Source of the DNA: Arcobacteraceae bacterium
GTDB taxonomy: Bacteria > Campylobacterota > Campylobacteria > Campylobacterales > Arcobacteraceae
Reading direction: 5' to 3'
DNA: 64,000 nt
Assembly (NCBI GenBank): GCA_965224485.1
Contig: CBDCZH010000023.1
Location: 64,001-128,000 of the forward strand
Part shown: positions 55,564 through 64,000 of the stretch, piece by piece
Layout of the letters: each line of letters begins with the position of its first letter
Position numbering within the stretch: position 1 is the first letter of the stretch
The notes under the pieces: model-generated
The model's database searches: none
What the model saw: only the letters and a program-made list of their open reading frames with translations
What the model was told of the DNA's origin: nothing
Position numbers and translations under genes: made by a program

Positions 55564-56409
55564 TTATTTTTCTGAATCTACTAGGCCTTTAACAAACCAT
55601 TTTTGAAATAGTACAACTATTAATACTGGGATTATAAGAGATAAAATAATCATCGCAAATGCTTTATTATATTCAGGTAGATAACTACCTTCAAAGTTAC
55701 TTTGATAGATTTCTTTTATTCCTAAAAGTATAGTTGAATACTGAGGATCTGTTACCATCATAATGGGCCATAAATATTGATTCCAACCTACAATAAACAT
55801 AACAATAAACAAAGAAGCCATCATTGTTTTAGATAAAGGTAAAAGTATATCAATAAAAAATTGCCAGCTATTTGCACCATCCATTTTAGCAGCTTCAAGA
55901 AGCTCATCTGGAATTGATTTATAAAATTGCCTAAAGAAGAATGTACCAGTTGCAGAAGCAATTAAAGGTATAATTAAACCTGTATAAGAGTTTAAAAGAT
56001 TTAACTTAGCAAGTACTTCAAAAGATGGAATAATTCTAACTTCAATAGGTAACAGAAGTGTCAAAAAAATTACCCAAAAAAGAAAATTTGCCATTTTAAA
56101 TCTAAAATAGACAATTGCATATGCTGCCATAGATGAAATAATTACCTTTCCAATTGCAAATCCTAAGGCCAGTATTAAAGAGTTAAGAATCATCTTAAGT
56201 GCTGTTATTTGCTTCGTATATCCATTATTATCAAATAAGATACTTTTATAAGTATTTATAAAATTATCTCCTAATGTAAATTGTAAACCATAATTTAATA
56301 TAGTTTCAGGAGAATGCGTTGAAGAAGCAAATATAACCCATATTGGCAATAAAAATACTAAAGAAGATAATATTAAAAATACATGAGATAGAAAATCAGA
56401 AATTTTAAT
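55564..56409 (-). CDS. ugpE: sn-glycerol-3-phosphate ABC permease (start uncertain)
   Basis: [22 protein letters not shown] and WNQYLWP. The frame is open 20 codons upstream of TTG 56349 to ATT 56409. Confidence 0.88.
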   Translation of the reverse strand: MKISDFLSHVFLILSSLVFLLPIWVIFASSTHSPETILNYGLQFTLGDNFINTYKSILFDNNGYTKQITALKMILNSLILALGFAIGKVIISSMAAYAIVYFRFKMANFLFWVIFLTLLLPIEVRIIPSFEVLAKLNLLNSYTGLIIPLIASATGTFFFRQFYKSIPDELLEAAKMDGANSWQFFIDILLPLSKTMMASLFIVMFIVGWNQYLWPIMMVTDPQYSTILLGIKEIYQSNFEGSYLPEYNKAFAMIILSLIIPVLIVVLFQKWFVKGLVDSEK

Positions 56410-57283
56410 AATGAATCCTTTTTTCTAAATATTTAAATTGAATCACTGTTAAAAGTAATATAAAAATCATTAAAATAACAGATTGTGCCGAAGCACCTCC
56501 AATATCTGCGCCTAAAAAACCATCTTGATATATTTTATAAGCTAATGTTTTTGTCTCTCCCATAGGAGCACCTTTTGTTGTTGTATCAATTAATCCAAAA
56601 GTCTCAAAAAATGCATAAATAATATTTGTTATAAGAAGAAAAAATGTAGTAGGTGCAAGAAGGGGAAATACTATGCTCCAAAATCTTTTATTATCACTTT
56701 TACAATCTATTAAGGAAGCTTCAAGTATTGATTTAGGAATACTTTGTAAACCAGTTAAGAAAAAAATAAAGTTTACACTAATTTGTTTCCAAGAAGCAAT
56801 AAATATCAACATTATTTGTGCGGCCAAAGGATCACGTTTAGGTTCAAAGATTATTCCTAATTCATTTATAAAATCATATAAAGCTCCATTACTTGCACTA
56901 AAAAAGAAAGAAGCAATTAATCCTACAACAGCAGGTGCAATAGCATAAGGCCACATAAACAATGTTCGATACAAGCCCTTTTTCTTGATTATTCTATCTG
57001 TCTTATATGCTAAAAACAGCCCAAGAGATAAGGAAATAAAGGTTATAGAAAAGGAAAAAATTAATGTAAAAATTACACTTGATAAATATTCTTGATTAAA
57101 AATAACATCAACATAATTATCAAACCAAACAAACTTAGAACTTATTCCAAAAGCATCTTCTATAATAAAAGAATAATATATTGCCGTAACTGAAGGCCAT
57201 ATAAAAAAAATAAGTATAATTGACATTTGAGGAAGGATAAATAAATATGGAATAAATTTATTATTAAAGGTTACTTTTTTCAT
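56405..57283 (-). CDS. ugpA: sn-glycerol-3-phosphate ABC permease
   Basis: PYAIAPAV, WKQIS.NF.FFL.GLQSIP and FPLL.PTTFFL. Confidence 0.9.
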   Translation of the reverse strand: MKKVTFNNKFIPYLFILPQMSIILIFFIWPSVTAIYYSFIIEDAFGISSKFVWFDNYVDVIFNQEYLSSVIFTLIFSFSITFISLSLGLFLAYKTDRIIKKKGLYRTLFMWPYAIAPAVVGLIASFFFSASNGALYDFINELGIIFEPKRDPLAAQIMLIFIASWKQISVNFIFFLTGLQSIPKSILEASLIDCKSDNKRFWSIVFPLLAPTTFFLLITNIIYAFFETFGLIDTTTKGAPMGETKTLAYKIYQDGFLGADIGGASAQSVILMIFILLLTVIQFKYLEKRIHY

Positions 57284-57290
57284 ATATCTT

Positions 57291-57312
57291 GTGTACCTAA
57301 AATTAGGTACAC
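57291..57312. repeat. Stem-loop between ugpB and ugpA
   Basis: GTGTACCTAA-AA-TTAGGTACAC. Confidence 0.6.
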
Positions 57313-57320
57313 TCTTCTCC

Positions 57321-58610
57321 TTACTTATATGTTCTAGAAAATTTATTTAACAACTTGTTACCTTTTTTATCTATATTAGATAAGGCTTCTTTAGCTTCTA
57401 TTTTACCATTTAGAATCTTTTCAAATTCAACATGCATTATTTCTCTTATTTGAACATAGTTCCCTAGTCTATATCCTTTAGTCCATTCTTTTGTAGGAAG
57501 ACTTAACTGTTTAATACCAATTTCAGCATCTGGAATTCTTTTATAATAACCATCATCCCTAGCCATTTTATAAGCAGCTTTAGTTATAGGTACATATCCA
57601 GTTTCTTTATGCCAAAAATACTGATTTTTTGCATTTGAAAGATATTGTAAAAAACTTGCAATACCTTTGTATTTATCATCATTCTTTCCACTAAATACAA
57701 AAAGTGCAGCTCCTCCAATAAATGTTTGAGCCCCCTCATCTATATAACGTTTCCAATAAGGAAGATAAGATGTACCAAATTTAAATTTTGCACCTTTTTT
57801 TAAACCACCAAATGAACCACTTGATCCCAACCACATAGCAACTTTCTGATCATAGAAAGCCTGTTGATTATCACCCCATCCTTTTCCATAATACTTATAA
57901 TATCCTAGCTTACTCCATTGATAAATCTTATTCCAGTGATATTGCATAGCAGTGTTATTATAATTTAGTTTACTTGCTAAGCCATCAAAACCATTATTTT
58001 TATCTGCTAATTTAATATTATGTCTTGATTGAAAATTTTCTGCAAATATCCAAGGGCTATGACTTTGAGAAAGTCCAATATAACCATTAGCTTTTAGTTT
58101 TTTTGAAATTAATTCAAATTCCTCCCATGTTTTTGGAGGATTTTTAATACCTACTTTTTTGAAAATATCTTTATTATAATACATTACAGGAGTAGAACTA
58201 TTAAAAGGAGAACCAATCATTCGACCGCTAGAATCAGCATAAAAGTTTCTAACTCCACTTATATAGTCATTTGCATTAAATTTTACTCCATATTTGTCAA
58301 ATAAATCAGCCACAGGATAAACAACACTTTTAGCATTGATTATAGTTGCAGCACCTGCATCAAATATTTGAATGATATCAGGTGATTTATGCGCTCTAAA
58401 AGCAGCAATCCCTGCAATCATCGTGTCCTCATAACCACCTTTATATATTGGTGTTATTTTAAATTGATTTTGCGATTTGTTAAAGTTATCAGATAGTTCA
58501 TTAACAACCTCTCCTAATCTTCCTCCCATTGCATGCCAAAAAGAAATATTAGTAGTGGCATTAAGTGTTATTGTAAAAAGTGCAATAAATAAAAGTGCTT
58601 TTAATCTCAT
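57321..58610 (-). CDS. ugpB: sn-glycerol-3-phosphate-binding protein
   Basis: FWHAMGG.LGE, AGIAAFRA, PFNSSTP.MYYNKD, IGGAAL and TGYVP.T. Confidence 0.88.
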   Translation of the reverse strand: MRLKALLFIALFTITLNATTNISFWHAMGGRLGEVVNELSDNFNKSQNQFKITPIYKGGYEDTMIAGIAAFRAHKSPDIIQIFDAGAATIINAKSVVYPVADLFDKYGVKFNANDYISGVRNFYADSSGRMIGSPFNSSTPVMYYNKDIFKKVGIKNPPKTWEEFELISKKLKANGYIGLSQSHSPWIFAENFQSRHNIKLADKNNGFDGLASKLNYNNTAMQYHWNKIYQWSKLGYYKYYGKGWGDNQQAFYDQKVAMWLGSSGSFGGLKKGAKFKFGTSYLPYWKRYIDEGAQTFIGGAALFVFSGKNDDKYKGIASFLQYLSNAKNQYFWHKETGYVPITKAAYKMARDDGYYKRIPDAEIGIKQLSLPTKEWTKGYRLGNYVQIREIMHVEFEKILNGKIEAKEALSNIDKKGNKLLNKFSRTYK

Positions 58611-58637
58611 GTTATCTCCTTAAATTTTAGTGATTAT

Positions 58638-58676
58638 GTCATTAAATTATTACAAGTTAGTTACATTACAGTTATA
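58638..58676 (-). promoter_or_regulatory. Pho-box-like direct repeats with an 11-bp period
   Basis: Minus strand TATAAC-N5-TGTAAC-N5-TGTAAT-N5-AATGAC, adjacent to a CATAAT -10 candidate, upstream of ugpB. Confidence 0.5.
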
Positions 58677-58867
58677 AAAGAGGAAGTTTCATATAAAATT
58701 TATTTTAAATTATTTCAATATAAAAAAACTTTAACACATTGTTTAATTATTCAAAATAAATCTATTATATTTTAAAGGTATTCTTATTTTAAGGGCAGTA
58801 GTATCAGTCTTTTGACATCAAGTATTTAGTTATTATTATTTGTATTTAGTCATAGACAGTTAATACA

Positions 58868-58887
58868 AATCCCTTATTTAAGGGATT
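58868..58887 (-). terminator. Hairpin after the aldo-keto reductase gene
   Basis: AATCCCTTA / TAAGGGATT. Confidence 0.55.
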
Positions 58888-58928
58888 CATATCGTTATTT
58901 GTAGTTAAAAGAAGGTGTTTATATTTAA

Positions 58929-59948
58929 TTATCCCATTGGATACATAATATCTTTTTGTATTTCTTTAATCTTTCCTAAAACATCAGAACTCAAATCTAA
59001 GTTTAGTGCAGCTAAACTATCTTCTAAATGCTCAATCTTTCTAGCTCCTATAATAGTTGAAGCTACAAAATTAAACTGTTTTGTCCATGCTACGGCTAAA
59101 GTAACAGGTGAGATATTTATCTCTTTTGCAAGTTTTACGTACTGTGTACAAGCTTTTATTGTTTTTTCATTTACAAACTTTGTTGCCATTGCTTGAACTC
59201 TTGGATTTTTATTACTCATATATACACCAAATCTTGAATCTTTTGGGAATAAACCTGAATTATATTTTCCACTTAACATCCCTGCTCCTATTGGAGAGTA
59301 TGGTAATAATGAAATCTTTTCTTTTTGACAAAGTATTGAGATTTCATCTAAAGCTCTTGGATTAATTAGTGAAAAATTATTTTGTATTGATTCAAATCTT
59401 GCTAAATTATTATATTTTGAAATCTCATTGGCTTTACTTAATCCATAAGCTGTATCATTTGAACTACCAATATATCTTACTTTACCTTCTTTAACTAAGT
59501 CATCAAAGGCTTTAAGTGATTCTTCAATAGGCACAACTTCATCAGGCCAGTGCATTTGATATAAATCTACATAATCAGTCCCAAGCCTTTTTAGTGAGCC
59601 TTCAATTGCTTTTTTAATATGAAAAGAGTCAAGGGAAGTTAAACCATGACGAGTAGGAGGAACAAACCAACCTGAAGCAGCTCCTGAAACTTTTGAGGCT
59701 AAAATAATAGAGTCTCTTTGTTTAGTTTTAAGCCACTTCCCTACTATTATTTCTGTATCTCCACCAGTTTCAACTTTTGGAGGTACTGGATATAATTCAG
59801 CTGTATCAAAAAAGTTTATACCTTTGTCATAAGCTTCATCTAAAATTCTAAAAGCTTCTTTTTGTGTAGTACTGCTTCCAAAAGTCATAGTTCCTAAACA
59901 AATAGGACTAACTCTTAAGCCTGTTCTTCCTATATATCTATGTTTCAT
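58929..59948 (-). CDS. tas: Aldo/keto reductase (Tas-like)
   Basis: MKHRYIGRTGLRVSPICLGTMTFG, FFDTAELYP and DLYQMHWP. Start ATG 59948 with RBS. Confidence 0.82.
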   Translation of the reverse strand: MKHRYIGRTGLRVSPICLGTMTFGSSTTQKEAFRILDEAYDKGINFFDTAELYPVPPKVETGGDTEIIVGKWLKTKQRDSIILASKVSGAASGWFVPPTRHGLTSLDSFHIKKAIEGSLKRLGTDYVDLYQMHWPDEVVPIEESLKAFDDLVKEGKVRYIGSSNDTAYGLSKANEISKYNNLARFESIQNNFSLINPRALDEISILCQKEKISLLPYSPIGAGMLSGKYNSGLFPKDSRFGVYMSNKNPRVQAMATKFVNEKTIKACTQYVKLAKEINISPVTLAVAWTKQFNFVASTIIGARKIEHLEDSLAALNLDLSSDVLGKIKEIQKDIMYPMG

Positions 59949-60000
59949 ATTTATCCTTATTATTAAAGATAAATTATACCCTTTTTCTTTGAAAGAAAAT

Positions 60001-60972
60001 TTATTCCATAATACAAATTTCTTTTTTAAACATATGTAAAATAGTATTATATAAAACAATACTAACAACCACAGATAAGATAAATATAAAAATATATGCT
60101 AAATATATATAAAAACTCTCTTTTGTTTGTTCTAAAATTAAAAGTGTAGCTAAAGTAATAGTAGCAAGAGGAAAAGTAAAAGCCCACCAAGATATAAAAA
60201 ACTTAATGTTTAAAAAGTTTTTATACATAAAGAATAATAAAAAAGTAAAAAACAGTGCAATATTAAATAAAACTAAGGCAAAAAAATCTATATCGTTCGT
60301 TAGTTTAAAGTATGCTAAAAACCCTACTGATGGAGGAGCTATAAAGATAAAAAGTGTTGGTATAAACTTAGCAGCAAATGCTTTATGAAAAATGATTCTA
60401 TTTAATATGATAGATAACATAATTATCCAAAAAAAGATTCCAATTGAAAAATAAAACATTAAAATAGAACTAGGAAAATATGAAACTCCCCCTACTGGAA
60501 CAATTAAATTTCCAACTATTGGTATAAACCAAGCAGGATTTGAGTGTTGCATTTCCAAAGATTTACTAATCCAAAAACTTAAAGTATAAAAAGTTAGAAA
60601 AAGATGTAATATGGCACCTATTAAAAATAAGATATAGGAGATGTCAGTATTTATTGATTTAAACAAAATTGAAATTAAAACAAAAGAGATAGAAATTGAA
60701 GCAAAAAAGTTTATTCTTATTGGATGGGCGAACTCAGCTCTAACTTCTTCTTTATATTTGAAAAATTTTATAATATATGTAAAAAGAATTATAAAAAATA
60801 AACCAATTGTAAAATAAGAAAAAGCAGAAGCTAAAAAAGAGGGAAAACCCAATAATTCATGTGCTCTTTGATAAACAATACTTAAACCAGCTAATCCCAT
60901 AATAACTGCAAACATCATTACAGGGAAAAATTGTAACCTTGTTGGTATCTTTTTTATACTCTCTTCATTCAT
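60001..60972 (-). CDS. SLAC1/TehA (TDT) family anion channel
   Basis: EF.HPIRINFF, NPAWFIPIVGN, FIFIAPP and SWWAFTFP. Confidence 0.88.
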   Translation of the reverse strand: MNEESIKKIPTRLQFFPVMMFAVIMGLAGLSIVYQRAHELLGFPSFLASAFSYFTIGLFFIILFTYIIKFFKYKEEVRAEFAHPIRINFFASISISFVLISILFKSINTDISYILFLIGAILHLFLTFYTLSFWISKSLEMQHSNPAWFIPIVGNLIVPVGGVSYFPSSILMFYFSIGIFFWIIMLSIILNRIIFHKAFAAKFIPTLFIFIAPPSVGFLAYFKLTNDIDFFALVLFNIALFFTFLLFFMYKNFLNIKFFISWWAFTFPLATITLATLLILEQTKESFYIYLAYIFIFILSVVVSIVLYNTILHMFKKEICIME

Positions 60973-61014
60973 TTTAATATTCCTTTGTTATACTTTCATA
61001 TATAAAGGTTTAAA

Positions 61015-61221
61015 ATGGCAAAAAAACAAGAACTAATCAACTTTAAAAATAAAAATATTACTTTTGAAGAAAACTCTATTACTTATCAAGTCTTAAATTT
61101 AAGAAAACCAAAAATGATAGTTGAACTTGCCAGTTTTTCAAAAAATAGTTTTATTAAGAATAAAATAATTCCTTTTGCACATTTACCTAAAAACATAAAA
61201 ATACTTGTAAAACCAAACTAG
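61015..61221 (+). CDS. Small hypothetical protein
   Basis: 68-aa ORF with RBS AAGG; fills the intergenic gap. Confidence 0.55.
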   Translation: MAKKQELINFKNKNITFEENSITYQVLNLRKPKMIVELASFSKNSFIKNKIIPFAHLPKNIKILVKPN

Positions 61222-61280
61222 GTCTTAAAAGCGTAATATACCCTTTCAAATGTTAAAATTACCTAAGAAGAATTATAAGA

Positions 61281-61808
61281 TTAACTTATATTTATTACTT
61301 CCGTATCTAAATACTCAAAGTTTATATTCTTTATAAAACACTCTTCTTTTTTTAAATATTGGCTAAGAATTTTTAAAGCTCCCCCATGAGAACAAATAAG
61401 TATATTTTTATTTAAATCAAGAGAGTTTATAAACGCTACTATTCTTTTTGTAAAATCAAGAAAAGACTCTTCACATATATATTCATGCCAAGATTCTTGT
61501 GACTTTAAGTATTTTTGTTTAAAACAAGGAAGTTTTGAGACTTCATCAAAATTTTTCAATTCAAACTTATCTTTAAATTTCACTTCTCGTAAACGAATAT
61601 CCTTTTTATAAGTAAACCCCATTTTATCTAGTGTTTGAGTACAACGTAAAAGATCTGAGCTATAAATTTCATCAAAACTTTGTTTTTTTAAGAACTCTAT
61701 TTTTTCTTCTTCAAATAAATTTTCATCTAAAATAATATCACTATGTCCTATATATCTTTTTTGCAGCTTTTTTTCTAAAGCCCCATGTCTTAAAAGAGTT
61801 ACAGCCAT
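61281..61808 (-). CDS. cobC: Histidine phosphatase, probably alpha-ribazole phosphatase
   Basis: LLRHG, SSDL.RC.QT and SHGG; follows cobS. Confidence 0.75.
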   Translation of the reverse strand: MAVTLLRHGALEKKLQKRYIGHSDIILDENLFEEEKIEFLKKQSFDEIYSSDLLRCTQTLDKMGFTYKKDIRLREVKFKDKFELKNFDEVSKLPCFKQKYLKSQESWHEYICEESFLDFTKRIVAFINSLDLNKNILICSHGGALKILSQYLKKEECFIKNINFEYLDTEVINIS

Positions 61809-62542
61809 AAAAGTACAAGTAAAAATAAAAACAACTCACAGCACTCTAGTGTACAACCTAAAACATCTCCATTTATAAAACCTAAGCTATTTTTTACGAA
61901 GTTTATAAATAAAAATCCAAAAACTAAAGAAGATAAAAAGAGATAAATAAAATCAAATCCTATAAGAAAACTTCCAAAAACCATACAAAACAAAGAAGAA
62001 ATAAGTAAAATTTTTAAACTCAAACCTTCTTTTAATAAATTCACGAAAGATGATTTGAAATCTTTAAAATATACTAAGAAAACAAGCAATAATCTACTTA
62101 TTATTAAAACAGCTAAAAAATATAAGATAAAATCATTTATAAACATATATACTATTGTTGAAATTTTACAAATAGTAAAAACACAAGAGTACAATAAGCC
62201 CATAGCCCCAATTGTAGGCTCTTTTATAACTGCATAAGCATCTTTATCTCCATGTTTGGCATAAGAAGCATCAACTACATCAATTATAGCCTCGGTATGA
62301 ATAAAACCATACAAAAGCATATAAAAACAAGCACTTAATATTGCTGCTAAATAAGAAAGATTTTCTAAAAGAGTAAAAAGACTTATACTTAAAACTCCAA
62401 GAACAAGCCCAACTAAAGGTAAAAAAGAAAGCATATAGGCTAAAACTTTTTTATTTGATAAATCATCTTCATCTTTAAAAGACATAGGCAAAATTGAAAA
62501 ATATGAAAACGAAAATTTAAAAGCTAAATAGATTTTGTACAT
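61799..62542 (-). CDS. cobS: Cobalamin synthase
   Basis: GFIHTEA..D..DA, IKEPTIGAMG and GFINGDVLG. Confidence 0.88.
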   Translation of the reverse strand: MYKIYLAFKFSFSYFSILPMSFKDEDDLSNKKVLAYMLSFLPLVGLVLGVLSISLFTLLENLSYLAAILSACFYMLLYGFIHTEAIIDVVDASYAKHGDKDAYAVIKEPTIGAMGLLYSCVFTICKISTIVYMFINDFILYFLAVLIISRLLLVFLVYFKDFKSSFVNLLKEGLSLKILLISSLFCMVFGSFLIGFDFIYLFLSSLVFGFLFINFVKNSLGFINGDVLGCTLECCELFLFLLVLLWL

Positions 62543-62955
62543 GGTACTTTTTTCATAATTTTTTTCCAATCTCTGTTGAATTTTTTCTTTATAAAGGGTA
62601 CTAAATGTGGTACTTGACAGCCTGCACAGTTTTGATGAATATAGGTATCACCTTCAAATTGGGCCCCATCTATTGAATCAATACTACAATATGAAAAAAG
62701 TTTCTTTTTTCTAACTTCTTTAAAACCCTCATCATTAAATCTAAAATTAGAACAGGCACATAAATAACAGTTTAAGTTTTCCATTTCATGACATTTTTTA
62801 TTTTTTTCATATAAAGGACAGAAATCTTTTTCTTTTTTTACCATATTGTCATATTCAAAATATTTTATAACTTCATCATCACTAAGATGAGTTAGTTTCT
62901 TCATAATTATTTCATGTTTTATTGCATGTTTATCAAACCAGTCTAAATATGCCAC
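62524..62955 (-). CDS. Cys-rich small protein in the cob operon
   Basis: FCPLY..KCH..LNCYLCAC..C..HQNC..C..PH. Confidence 0.7.
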   Translation of the reverse strand: MAYLDWFDKHAIKHEIIMKKLTHLSDDEVIKYFEYDNMVKKEKDFCPLYEKNKKCHEMENLNCYLCACSNFRFNDEGFKEVRKKKLFSYCSIDSIDGAQFEGDTYIHQNCAGCQVPHLVPFIKKKFNRDWKKIMKKVPCTKSI

Positions 62956-62956
62956 T

Positions 62957-64000
62957 TTATTCCTTTATTGCTTTTATTATCTTTTTTATATCTAATTTAG
63001 CTTTAAAGTTTTGTATAAAAGAATTTATAGTTTTTTCTTTAAACTTAGAAAAATTAAAACTCTTGTAGTTTTCATTGATTTCTGTAAAAATTTTGTCTCT
63101 TAAGTTATCATTATCAAAAATTGCATGTAAAAAAGTGCCTTTGATTCTTTTACTTTCATAAGATATTGGATATTTTGAACTACTTCCATGATGAATTTCA
63201 AAACCTTCTATTTTGCAAGAGAAAATTTCATATGTATCTTTTTTTAGTATTTTTTCTTTTTCAAAAATAATAACATCATTTATATAATCAAAACCAAGCT
63301 CTTTTAGGGCTTTTTCATTCTCTAAGCAGTATTTATCTTCTAAAGAAGAAAATAACATCTCATAACCGCCACAAATACCTAAAATAGTTTTTTCATAGTT
63401 TTTTATATTTTCAAATAAAGATATTTGTTTTAACCATAACAAATCTTTAATCACTAACTTCGAGCCAGGAAGAATAAGTAAATCATACTTATCTAAAGAT
63501 ACATTAGTTTGTATAAAGTGTACATTTATTTGACTATCACAAATTAAAGGCTCAAAATCATTATAATTACTCATAGTAGGATAAGCAATAACTCCTACAT
63601 TTATAATAGAGTTTTTAGTATCTTGCGAATAATTCATCAAAGAAGCTGAGTCTTCAAAACCTAAGTTAAAAGGAGTATAAGGTAATACTCCTAAAACTGG
63701 TATTTTAAAATCTTCTTCTATTATTCTAACACCCTCTTCAAATAAAGAAATATCTCCACAAAATTTATTTATTATTACACCTACAATATTATTTCTAATT
63801 TTAGAAGGAAGTAGATTATAAACTCCATAAATTGAAGCAAATACACCTCCTCTTTGTATATCAGCAACTAAAATAATCTTAGTATTATACGTATCTGCTA
63901 TATAAATATTTGATAAATCTTTATCCATTAAATTAAGCTCAACAGGACTTCCTGCACCCTCACATATCAAACAGTCATATTTTGAGTTTAAATACTCATA
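62957..64000 (-). CDS. cobQ: Cobyric acid synthase, 3' part (starts beyond the window end)
   Basis: EGAGSPVELNL, VADIQRGGVFA, SNYNDF, GICGGY, GFEIHHG and GTFLH. Confidence 0.93.
   Translation of the reverse strand, partial: YEYLNSKYDCLICEGAGSPVELNLMDKDLSNIYIADTYNTKIILVADIQRGGVFASIYGVYNLLPSKIRNNIVGVIINKFCGDISLFEEGVRIIEEDFKIPVLGVLPYTPFNLGFEDSASLMNYSQDTKNSIINVGVIAYPTMSNYNDFEPLICDSQINVHFIQTNVSLDKYDLLILPGSKLVIKDLLWLKQISLFENIKNYEKTILGICGGYEMLFSSLEDKYCLENEKALKELGFDYINDVIIFEKEKILKKDTYEIFSCKIEGFEIHHGSSSKYPISYESKRIKGTFLHAIFDNDNLRDKIFTEINENYKSFNFSKFKEKTINSFIQNFKAKLDIKKIIKAIKE

Noticed and set aside
59949..60068. N-terminal extension of the aldo-keto reductase ORF
   Set aside because: It overlaps the TehA-like gene. 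Family similarity and the RBS start at 59948.

Overview
Very AT-rich bacterial chromosome segment, most consistent with Campylobacterota (Arcobacteraceae-like), judged from the Campylobacter-type PutA N-terminus, Wolinella-type frdCAB and DadA-like dehydrogenase. From left to right it holds five blocks. (1) An 18 kb proline/hydroxyproline catabolic region: putA 5' end, livKHMGF, an RHH gene plus an unknown gene, GntR, 3-Hyp dehydratase, a polar amino acid ABC transporter, D-amino acid dehydrogenase, 4-Hyp epimerase, OCD-family reductase, KGSA dehydrogenase and a DHDPS-family deaminase. The deaminase appears to have replaced an earlier copy that survives as a 55-bp stub. (2) A decayed IS3 carrying two tiny related inserts at identical AAAGTACAT^CG targets, next to a three-gene accessory cassette (saccharopine-dehydrogenase-like, Asp/Glu racemase-superfamily, NhaC). 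(3) Housekeeping genes (moeA, rmuC, M48 peptidase, ybgC). (4) A 4.8 kb integrated element with a tyrosine integrase, HUH rolling-circle Rep, SSB-like gene and RHH regulator, inserted in the ybgC 5' end between 17-bp att repeats and lacking virion or conjugation genes. (5) A two-component system, ansB, dcuA, aspA, frdCAB, ugpBAEC, tas, a TehA-like gene and the cobC/cobS/cobQ region. Many genes carry 1-2 nt frameshifts, often in homopolymers. These are probably sequencing or assembly errors, so split ORFs are reported as single genes. No rRNA, tRNA or CRISPR array was seen. All product calls come from motif recognition only; no database searches were run.
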